Positions 40,222 through 48,730 of a stretch of DNA of 64,000 bases are shown here, piece after piece. Origin of the DNA: Chlorobiales bacterium (GTDB taxonomy: Bacteria > Bacteroidota > Chlorobiia > Chlorobiales > Chlorobiaceae); NCBI GenBank assembly GCA_026390855.1, contig JAPLFE010000047.1, forward strand, positions 10,599 through 74,598. Reading direction: 5' to 3'. Both the position numbers and the translations under genes were made by a program. Every line of letters begins with the position of its first letter. Within the stretch, counting starts at the first letter, position 1. The notes under the pieces were generated by a model that saw only the letters and a program-made list of their open reading frames with translations, ran no database searches and was not told the DNA's origin.

Positions 40222-41292
40222 ATGAAACCCAAGAAAAAGGATCATACAGCATTCCGCGAACGCCTGGCTAAAACCCTCCAGTTCTTCGCTAAACGTCGCC
40301 AGTCACAACCTCTCCTTCAAAAGCCACCGGAAAGTATTGTTATTCTTGCAAGAGAATGCTATGGCGACTGCATTATGCTCACCCCCCTTATCGGCACCCT
40401 GCGAAAAGAGTACCCCGAACTCTCCATATACATCATCGCCTTCAGCCAGATCATTTTCAACTTTTTCAGTGCCGACCCCAATGTGACCGCCGTCTATCAT
40501 GCAAAAAGGAACATGAAACGCTATTACAAAGGGATCCTTTCCAAAAAATTTGATCTGCTGTTTAATCCCAAAGACCACCCATCAACTCATTTTCTCATCC
40601 AATCCATGCTCATTAACGCCCGCCACAAAGTCGGGCACTTTCACCCCAATCATAAAGGTCTTTTCGACCATCTCATCACTCTTGAACCCCAGACCCATGA
40701 ATCATTAAAAAACCTCTCACTGCTGAGTGCTATCAATGCAACTGCACTTCAGGCACCCTGCAAACCATACCTGCCACCCATGCCGGTCTCCCCTGAAATC
40801 ACCTCATTCCTCGTGCAGCTTCAACCAAACCGATACATCGGCATCAACCTCAGTGCAGGGCACATTGGCGGCCACCGCACACTCCAGCAATGGTCTGAAC
40901 TCATTCACGATTTCCCGAACGAAACCTTTCTTATCTTTTCAGCACCCCAGGATCTCCACGAAAAACGCAATCTCGAGGCACAGCACACAAACATCCTCCA
41001 ATCCCCATCAACACAGAATATCTACGAAGTAGGGCAAATCGTCCAAAAGCTAAAGCTTCTCATCACCCCCGACACCTCCCTCGTACATATCGCCGCATGC
41101 TACAACACACCACTCATAGCCCTCTATCGTAAACGCCTCGCCGATAGAACCCAATTCGCACCATTAAGCACCCAGCAGGAAATTATCGTATCCCTAACTC
41201 CCGACGTCATCGATATCGACCCCAAACAAGTCACCACCGCCCTCCATAAAATACTATGCGCTGACAGAAGAGATTTTCCAGAGGAGTGTTAG
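40222..41292 (+). CDS. Glycosyltransferase family 9 (heptosyltransferase-like)
   Basis: YGDCIMLTP, ITPDTSLVHIAAC. Confidence 0.85.
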   Translation: MKPKKKDHTAFRERLAKTLQFFAKRRQSQPLLQKPPESIVILARECYGDCIMLTPLIGTLRKEYPELSIYIIAFSQIIFNFFSADPNVTAVYHAKRNMKRYYKGILSKKFDLLFNPKDHPSTHFLIQSMLINARHKVGHFHPNHKGLFDHLITLEPQTHESLKNLSLLSAINATALQAPCKPYLPPMPVSPEITSFLVQLQPNRYIGINLSAGHIGGHRTLQQWSELIHDFPNETFLIFSAPQDLHEKRNLEAQHTNILQSPSTQNIYEVGQIVQKLKLLITPDTSLVHIAACYNTPLIALYRKRLADRTQFAPLSTQQEIIVSLTPDVIDIDPKQVTTALHKILCADRRDFPEEC

Positions 41293-41410
41293 ACATGAGA
41301 GGAAAGGTGGCTTTTCTCAGGGTTGGTGGGCTATGCTGCAAGTGGAGTATGAAGAATCAAATATAGGAACTCCCATAATTATTGAACGGCAAGCTCTATT
41401 GATGTATTAT

Positions 41411-42544
41411 TCAAAAGCCTTGGTCTTTCAGTTCCCGATACTTATCACATCCGTTTTGAAAACCAGTATCACAAGCCTTACCAAACCACTCTTTTGCTGT
41501 AGTTTTATCTTGTTTAACACCTTGAGCCGTTGCATATATCATTCCCAGATTATACTGAGCGGGTGCATACCCGTGAGCGGCTGAAAGCCTATACAACTTC
41601 AAAGCTTCATTGAGGTTTTTTGTTACGCCTTGTCCAGTAGCGTACATAAATCCAAGATTACACTGCGCTCCTGGGTGGCCCTGATCTGCAGCGAGTTGAT
41701 ACCACTTTACGGCTTCATCAACATTTTGAGTCATACCTTGGCCATTAGCGCACATTACTCCTAAATTGTTCTGTGCATCGGCCAGCCCTTTGGCAACTGC
41801 CAGCTGATAAAACCTCAAAGCTTTACTAAAGTTTTGAGAGACTCCTTGACCATTTGCATACAGAGCACCAAGGTTACATTGAGCCATTGCATATCCCTGT
41901 TCAGCAGCACGACCGTACCATTTCAAGGCTTCATCAAAATCTTGAATAACACCTTGACCATTTGCATACAGGGAGCCCAGATCGTTTTGTGCCGCTGCTA
42001 TACCTTGATCAGCTGCAAGCCTATACCATTTCAAGGCTTCATCAAAATTTTGAGTCACACCTAAACCTTTTGCAAAAAATACTCCGACATTGTACTGAGC
42101 TGGTGCAAAACCCTGAACGGCAGCAGACTGATACCACTTGAACGCTTCAGTATTGTTTTGTGCAATTCCTCGACCACTAGCATACATCGCACCAAGATTG
42201 TTTTGAGCAACAGCTACTCCTTGATTAGCCGCAAGCCTATACCATTTGAAAGCTTCAGTATAGCTTGCCCTGACCCCTAACCCTTTTTCATACATCTCAG
42301 CAAGATTGCTCTGTGCTTTAGCATGCCCCCCATCAGCTGCAAGTCTATACCATTTGAAGGCTTCAAAGTAGCTCATAATGACCCCTTGACCTTGCGCATA
42401 GATTCGACCGAGGTCATATTGGGCATCTATATTTCCTGTCGCAGCCGCATTACGTTTTTTTGAAATTTCGCTATGAGATTCTGCTTTTGCATTGACAAAA
42501 ACAAGCATCATGCAGACTATGGTAATGAGGATTTTTTTTAACAT
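41411..42544 (-). CDS. Secreted Sel1-like repeat protein (9 repeats)
   Basis: Signal peptide, then nine 36-aa repeats of AQxNLGxxYxxGxGV...A.KWYxxAAxxG. Confidence 0.93.
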   Translation of the reverse strand: MLKKILITIVCMMLVFVNAKAESHSEISKKRNAAATGNIDAQYDLGRIYAQGQGVIMSYFEAFKWYRLAADGGHAKAQSNLAEMYEKGLGVRASYTEAFKWYRLAANQGVAVAQNNLGAMYASGRGIAQNNTEAFKWYQSAAVQGFAPAQYNVGVFFAKGLGVTQNFDEALKWYRLAADQGIAAAQNDLGSLYANGQGVIQDFDEALKWYGRAAEQGYAMAQCNLGALYANGQGVSQNFSKALRFYQLAVAKGLADAQNNLGVMCANGQGMTQNVDEAVKWYQLAADQGHPGAQCNLGFMYATGQGVTKNLNEALKLYRLSAAHGYAPAQYNLGMIYATAQGVKQDKTTAKEWFGKACDTGFQNGCDKYRELKDQGF

Positions 42545-43043
42545 GTGCAGATAAAAAAAAGAAAGAATATTAATCCCGAGTTGAGCGATTTTAAAAAAGA
42601 TTTTTTAACCCCAATAAAACTTCAAAAAATATCTACTTATAAACCTCTTCATTAAAAAGCAAGTGAACCATCATAGCAAAAGCCAAAAATGATACGCAAC
42701 TCACTTTTTAGGAGGTTCCAGCGGATGCTATAGCTTAAAAATTGTTGCGGGATATTCGAAAACATTACTTAAAAAGATAATAAGATTTTTTCAGGGTAAT
42801 TTATATCCCAAACCGCCGGCTAAATATCTTTTCGCTTTAGAAGGTTGTGCGCCGTGGTGTTGATTTATACCGTCCGATCAACTATCACGATATTTTCTGG
42901 AACACTACCCCTGATTTTCGCTCTTGATTTATATTTTCAATCGCATCCTCTTACGAACGTGACCGATCCTACAACTGAATATGTATAGTAATAAGGAATT
43001 AATCTGTTTTTGCGGTAATAGATTTTTTTACAAAAAAGTTTAA

Positions 43044-43120
43044 AAATAACGTCAAATTCACCAGTGCCTTCATCAGAAAAAACTTCGATGACGGCACTGG
43101 TGACATTTTCAGGGGTAAAA
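43044..43120. repeat. Long imperfect hairpin, degenerate attC-like
   Basis: TCACCAGTGCCTTCATC (43058-43074) pairs with GATGACGGCACTGGTGA (43087-43103) at 16/17; flanked by TAAC-GTC-AAAT on the left and C-ATTT...GGTA on the right. Confidence 0.35.
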
Positions 43121-43283
43121 CATCACCACAAGAAGTCATTACTCTCTTTCTTTGAACTCGCCATAACATTAACAAGTCACTTTGCCTGAAGGTTGCCTCA
43201 GTAATCAAAAAAACGGACAGCTTTATAGAAAGCTGATACTTGTCTCCAATCCTCCAAACCTTCTTTGGCTAATTACTTATTTT

Positions 43284-44531
43284 TTATTTATAGATTACTC
43301 CCCATGGTTTCATTCCAGATGCTTTTTTTGTGGTCTTTCTCTTAAGGTACTTTACTGGTGGTTTTGGAGTGCTATTATTGCTTACAGCTGCAGGTGTGGC
43401 AATCATAACTGGTGGCTCAACTGCCTTATCCATACTGATAATAAAGCAAGTTAGTCCAACAAAACCTTCTGGCGTAGTTGCAGCATTATTCATACCACCA
43501 GCTCCAGCACCATTGAGTACCCAGTTAGATGTAGCAGCGAATACTGCTGTTGGGCTTAAACCAAACGCAGAACCGGCAGATTTATTCCCATAAGTGCTTG
43601 CAAGTAACTCACTCGTCGTAACAGCTACAAGTCCATCATAATGGCAATCAAGATATTTTTGTAATGAAAAAAGCAGTGAATTCACATCTACATTATCGCC
43701 TCTTTTGTTTGGTAATAATGTAGCGGTAGCAAGAATATCAGTAGCTGGCAGTCCATGCCAGACATCAATTCTATTGCCTTTTGTCTGCTTTCCTTTATAT
43801 CTAAAATCCTTGAGATATGATGATGCAACAAAAATCATTTTAACATCATTTTCAACAACAACTTCTCTTTCACGTGGAGTGAATCTTAACATCAGTTGCG
43901 CTTTTGCTCCTGCTATATTAGAGGTTCCCCCTTGCTGTGTATACAGTTGTAAATCACGACTTTGTGCAAACGTAGGCTGAGCAATTGGGAGATTCCTCCC
44001 TGCTTCGAAATTCTGTGTTATTGATTGCGCAGGACTTGAAGTGATATTCTGTTGGTTGGCCTGACTTGATTGCTGCTGCTGCTGTTGCTGCTGCGTTTGA
44101 TTACTACTGCCACCAGCACCTCCTTGTCCACCATAACCATTTCCACCTTGACCACCAGCACCTCCTTGTCCACCAGCACCTCCTTGTCCTCCTTGCCCAC
44201 CAACATTGGTAGTATTATTACTGGTAGTTGCAAGGGTATTATTTGAGTTTACATTGACAGTGCTACCTGTATTTCCATTACCAGCTCCACTGTTTGAAGT
44301 GTTCCCAATTGATGAGCCACCAAGTGCAGTAGTATTACCAACCGCCGAACCCCAGATACTGGTATTACCACTATCCAAAGTGTTACCACTATTTAAAGTG
44401 TTACCACTATTTAAAGCCGTATTCCCACTGTTGCTTGGACTATTGACTGTACTGCCTACTATACTTGCATGTGCAGTGCCAATTGATAAAACAACACTTA
44501 GAAAAATTAACGATAAAGTTTTCTTTTGCAT
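43284..44531 (-). CDS. Secreted protein with Asn/Gly/Gln-rich low-complexity N-half and globular C-half
   Basis: Signal peptide MQKKTLSLIFLSVVLSIGTAHA; (N/D)SGNT x4, GGQGGA repeats, Q8 run; C-terminal domain not recognised. Confidence 0.85.
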   Translation of the reverse strand: MQKKTLSLIFLSVVLSIGTAHASIVGSTVNSPSNSGNTALNSGNTLNSGNTLDSGNTSIWGSAVGNTTALGGSSIGNTSNSGAGNGNTGSTVNVNSNNTLATTSNNTTNVGGQGGQGGAGGQGGAGGQGGNGYGGQGGAGGSSNQTQQQQQQQQSSQANQQNITSSPAQSITQNFEAGRNLPIAQPTFAQSRDLQLYTQQGGTSNIAGAKAQLMLRFTPREREVVVENDVKMIFVASSYLKDFRYKGKQTKGNRIDVWHGLPATDILATATLLPNKRGDNVDVNSLLFSLQKYLDCHYDGLVAVTTSELLASTYGNKSAGSAFGLSPTAVFAATSNWVLNGAGAGGMNNAATTPEGFVGLTCFIISMDKAVEPPVMIATPAAVSNNSTPKPPVKYLKRKTTKKASGMKPWGVIYK

Positions 44532-44603
44532 TGTTATTCCCATTAAAGTTACATACAAATGGGAGGCCAAAGCCTCCCTAGTTACCCAACATTTTTGTGT
44601 ACC

Positions 44604-44909
44604 TTAGTTTACAGTAACATTCACATTTGAATTAGTGTTGAGATTCCCATTACCATGACTAGAGGTGTAGCCAACAGAACCCATAACAGCGACAGTGTTG
44701 TTAGTGAAGCTGTGATTAAGGAAAGTATTATTAGCGTTATTAGTATTATTAACATTAGAAGGATTATTGCTATTAGTGGTATTATTACTATTACTATTAA
44801 CAGCAACCGTTATTGGGCTTGATTTAAATTTTACAGTAACAGTAGTTTTAGCCATTGCAGGAGTTGCAAAAGCGAACCCAACGATTAAAGTAAGAAGTGT
44901 CTTTTTCAT
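44604..44909 (-). CDS. Small secreted Asn-rich protein
   Basis: Signal peptide MKKTLLTLIVGFAFATPAMA; 81-aa mature chain with 24 Asn and no Asp/Glu. Confidence 0.82.
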   Translation of the reverse strand: MKKTLLTLIVGFAFATPAMAKTTVTVKFKSSPITVAVNSNSNNTTNSNNPSNVNNTNNANNTFLNHSFTNNTVAVMGSVGYTSSHGNGNLNTNSNVNVTVN

Positions 44910-45179
44910 GATTGTTCGTGTTTAAATGTTTGTTGTTTATTTAACTTATCCTTGGAATTAATCAGCCAAGGAAATGAGTCTATAATGAAAGTACTTTGTC
45001 ACGTGAACAATTTTATTTTTTCAATTATCGTGCCATAAAATTATTCATAGCTGATCTTAGCACGGATAGTCATGATTAGCAGCGTTTTGCAAAATAATTC
45101 TGTATTTTTGAAGTATACTCTCGTATAACAAGGCAACTTGTCCATAGTGAGACAACATACAAAATAATGATACAACTTG

Positions 45180-45570
45180 TATCATAACGAGACAAATATA
45201 TGCGATAAATTATATACCTCCACCTGTAATTCGAGAAGAGATCCCCAAGACATACGCACAATAGATGCGCCAACGGTAGCCGACCAAGTGCTCATCAGCC
45301 CATTACTGACCAATATGTTTTTGCACCGCATCTTTGATGCGTGGATGCAGCGCAATTATCCACAGATTTCATTTGAGCGATATTGCCAATGATGGTATTT
45401 TCCTCTATAAGGCCCAAGAACAGGCGGGGAGTCTACTTGCAGCACTGAATGCAGCAGTTTAATGACACTGCACCCCAAGAAAACACGGAAGTTTAAGCGT
45501 CTGAAAGGTCACAAACACCAAGCCATGCAACGCTCATTTTTTTTGCGCACTTGCAGTTATTGAGGCAATC
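45180..45570 (+). pseudogene. Collapsed remnant of a group II intron reverse transcriptase/maturase
   Basis: Fragments in shifting frames, in native order: YIPPPVIREEIPK, IRTIDAPTVAD, LISPLLTNMFLHRIFDAWMQRNYPQISFERY, (Y)ANDG (decayed YADD), LHPKKT, FFAH. Confidence 0.85.
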
Positions 45571-45622
45571 TGGAACAGGAAAAAAAAGGATGAACCAAAA
45601 CACTATAAGCACCTCAGGGCCT

Positions 45623-45678
45623 CTCAGCACTTTCTTCCCTCAGTACTTCCCCCTCTCAGCACTTTCCTTCTCAGTACT
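45623..45678. repeat. Short tandem repeat, about 16-nt period, CTCAG(C/T)ACT core x4
   Basis: ctcagcactttcttcc / ctcagtacttccccct / ctcagcactttcctt / ctcagtact; same core at 34868-34900. Confidence 0.6.
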
Positions 45679-45741
45679 CAATATCATATTTAAGCGTTAT
45701 ATTCTTGCTCATGAAAAAAACAAAACACGACCCAGTTGCTT

Positions 45742-47697
45742 ATGAAGTTCGGGATACTATTGAGAATATTACGATACATGGCCCCATCAAAAGGCAAAAT
45801 CCTTTTAGTGGTCATTGTCAGTGTATTAACCTCGTTGTTCAGCGTTGTATCGATCTACTCCATTCTCCCCCTTTTGAATGCAGTTTTTTCTTCAGCACCA
45901 GCTACGACCCAAAACACAGTTGCACATCAGTTACCGGAAAACAATAAAAACATACTGCTTAGTACGGATGCAAAATCTGCAAAACCCTTACAGCATCCTG
46001 CCCAGCTCTCTAAAAAAACAACCCGTGCAGAAGAGCTTAAAAATTGGGCACTGGACGAATTTCAGCGGATGTTCAAAGCCCCTACAAAACAATTGTCGCT
46101 GCTTAAAATCTGCTTCTTCCTGATCTTGGCTTTTGCTTTTAAAAACCTGTTCATTTACCTCAACGGACAGATTATTTTCCGTATACAGACAAAAACCGCA
46201 AAAAAACTCAGGGACGATGTATTTCACAGCATCATCGAGATGCATCTCGATTATTTCAACAAAAACCGTGTAGGCAACCTGATGAACTACGTCAATAACG
46301 ATGTAGAAAACGTCAACAACAGCATAAGTTCAACTTTCGTTAATTTCCTGCAGAACCCCTTTTCAATCTTTGTCTATATCGGCGTCTTGCTCGCTCTCAG
46401 CTGGAAGCTAACTGCTTTTGCAGCAGTCACCTCCCTATCGATTTTTTACGTCATCAACTTTATGGGGCGAAACATCAAAGGCCTTGCTTTGAGCTTTCAG
46501 ACCAAAATGGGAGACATGAACTCTGTACTGCAGGAAAAATTCAACGGCATCAAAGTTATCAAGTCAACCGCTTTTGAAGGCATTGAGATTGCAAAGTTCA
46601 TGTCGTTTACCAACGACTTCAGGAACTTGAGCATAAAAATGGCAAGAATTCGCAATATTATCAGCCCACTGAACGAAACACTCCTTATTGCAGCTATTGC
46701 AATGGTACTCTGGTTCGGAGGTCTTCAGGTATTCGACGGAGTAATGACTGCCAATGAACTGCTCGTCTTTGCCTTTACCCTCTATTCCACCATGGGCCCG
46801 ATTAAAATGCTGGGTGATGCAAACTTATCTCTTCAAATGGGTATGATCTCTGTTGAACGACTTTTCGAAGTACTCGACACAAACACCAACGTCATCAACG
46901 GAACCCACGCAATCACAAGCTTTTCAAACAATATCATCTTTGAAGACGTCTGTTTTAAATACAACAAAGAACCTGATGCCCCCAATATTCTCAACCACGT
47001 CTCTTTTGAGATAAACAAAGGCGAAATGGTTGCACTTATCGGTCAATCCGGCTCAGGAAAGTCTACAACCGTTGATCTCCTCCTTCGTTTTTATGATGTT
47101 GATTCAGGCCGCATAACCATCGACGGAATAGACATCAAAGAATTTGACTTTAAGCAACTCCGGCAAATGATTGGTATAGTCAGTCAGGAAGTCATTTTGT
47201 TCAACGATACCATTGAACAAAATATCGCCTATGGTGTCCACGACGAAACCAATCACACACAAATAGAACAGGCAGCAAAACTGGCAAATGCACACGAATT
47301 TATTCAAGATAAACCCGAGAAATACCAAACCTTAATCGGTGACCGCGGGCTCCAGCTTTCAGGAGGCCAACGGCAGCGTGTTGCTATTGCCAGGGCCATG
47401 GTAAAAAACCCTGAACTCTTGATTTTCGACGAAGCGACCAGTGCCCTCGATAATGAATCTGAAAAAATAGTCCAGCAAGCCATCGATAACGCTATGGAAA
47501 ACCGAACTGCCCTTGTGGTAGCCCATCGCCTCTCCACCATCAAAAACGCCGACAAAATCATTGTGATGGAACGCGGCAACGTTATGGAGTCCGGCAATCA
47601 TCAAGATCTTATCGAAAAAAATGGCGTCTATAAAATGCTTTACGACATCCAGTTTGCAGTCAAGCAGCCCGCTCCAGAAGAAGTGATAACTGCCTGA
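45742..47697 (+). CDS. MsbA-like lipid/LPS exporter ABC transporter
   Basis: TM domain plus GQSGSGKST, LSGGQRQR, FDEATSALD, VAHRLST; inside the LPS gene region. Confidence 0.88.
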   Translation: MKFGILLRILRYMAPSKGKILLVVIVSVLTSLFSVVSIYSILPLLNAVFSSAPATTQNTVAHQLPENNKNILLSTDAKSAKPLQHPAQLSKKTTRAEELKNWALDEFQRMFKAPTKQLSLLKICFFLILAFAFKNLFIYLNGQIIFRIQTKTAKKLRDDVFHSIIEMHLDYFNKNRVGNLMNYVNNDVENVNNSISSTFVNFLQNPFSIFVYIGVLLALSWKLTAFAAVTSLSIFYVINFMGRNIKGLALSFQTKMGDMNSVLQEKFNGIKVIKSTAFEGIEIAKFMSFTNDFRNLSIKMARIRNIISPLNETLLIAAIAMVLWFGGLQVFDGVMTANELLVFAFTLYSTMGPIKMLGDANLSLQMGMISVERLFEVLDTNTNVINGTHAITSFSNNIIFEDVCFKYNKEPDAPNILNHVSFEINKGEMVALIGQSGSGKSTTVDLLLRFYDVDSGRITIDGIDIKEFDFKQLRQMIGIVSQEVILFNDTIEQNIAYGVHDETNHTQIEQAAKLANAHEFIQDKPEKYQTLIGDRGLQLSGGQRQRVAIARAMVKNPELLIFDEATSALDNESEKIVQQAIDNAMENRTALVVAHRLSTIKNADKIIVMERGNVMESGNHQDLIEKNGVYKMLYDIQFAVKQPAPEEVITA

Positions 47698-47734
47698 CCC
47701 CTTAACCGTTCAATCCCCGGCATATACTGTAGCT

Positions 47735-48709
47735 ATGCTTTTCGAATATTTTCTTTTTATCCTTGCAGTAACGGGAACGATAGCCTTCCTTGCTCGCTAC
47801 AGAAAGCATCTCGACAAAAAGAGAGATCGTAGAACCCGCGAAACCTGGGCAATCGGCCTCTATAAAGGCCCATCGCCCCTCAAGCTCTTTCCGCCCGAAG
47901 GTATCAACAACCCGATACTCAGTGCAAAAGATGTTACCGACGTCCCTGCCCGCTTTGTCGCCGATCCCTTCATGATACAAAACGACACCGGATATTATCT
48001 CTTCTTTGAAGTCCTGAACGACAAAAGAAATCTCGGCGAAATCGCCTATGCCTTCAGTTCTGACGCTATTTATTGGCAATACCGTAACGTCGTTCTCAAA
48101 GAACGTTTTCACCTCTCTTACCCCTATGTGTTCGCCTGGGAAAACCACTATTACATGATTCCGGAATGTAACAACTCAGGCGGCATACAGCTTTATGAAG
48201 CTAAAAAATTTCCTGAGCAGTGGCACCTCGTCGCAACACTCATAAAAAGTACTGGCCGCTACTCCGCACTGGTTGACCCTTCCACTATCCATTACCAAAA
48301 CCGGTGGTACCTTTTCAGCTACGCCCAAAAAAGCAAAAATCTTCATCTCTATATGAGCGATATACTCACGGGGCCCTGGAAAGAACATCCAAAAAGTCCT
48401 ATAGTATCCAGTAGCCCGAATTATGCACGTCCTGGAGGAAGAGTAATTCTCAATAATGGAATCATCTACCGGTATGCACAAGATGAGATACCAAATTACG
48501 GCACCAAAGTATGGACATTCCGAATAACTGAACTCACAGAAAATACCTATTGCGAAGAATTGGCATCTGAAAAACCTGTGTTACAGCCCGGCCGCGAATG
48601 GTGGAACAAGGACGGCATGCATACCGTCGATCCGCATCAGAGAGAAACTGGCGAATGGTTGGCACTGGTAGATGGGTTCTCAATCCATCATCAGCCACCG
48701 AAACATTGA
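47735..48709 (+). CDS. Membrane-anchored five-bladed beta-propeller glycosidase-like protein (GH43/GINT1 N-domain-like)
   Basis: N-terminal TM; FVADPF, YLFFE, FHLSYPYVF, YYMIPE, ARPGG, GMHTVD pattern. Confidence 0.7.
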   Translation: MLFEYFLFILAVTGTIAFLARYRKHLDKKRDRRTRETWAIGLYKGPSPLKLFPPEGINNPILSAKDVTDVPARFVADPFMIQNDTGYYLFFEVLNDKRNLGEIAYAFSSDAIYWQYRNVVLKERFHLSYPYVFAWENHYYMIPECNNSGGIQLYEAKKFPEQWHLVATLIKSTGRYSALVDPSTIHYQNRWYLFSYAQKSKNLHLYMSDILTGPWKEHPKSPIVSSSPNYARPGGRVILNNGIIYRYAQDEIPNYGTKVWTFRITELTENTYCEELASEKPVLQPGREWWNKDGMHTVDPHQRETGEWLALVDGFSIHHQPPKH

Positions 48710-48730
48710 AGCACTAAAAATTCAATTCTG

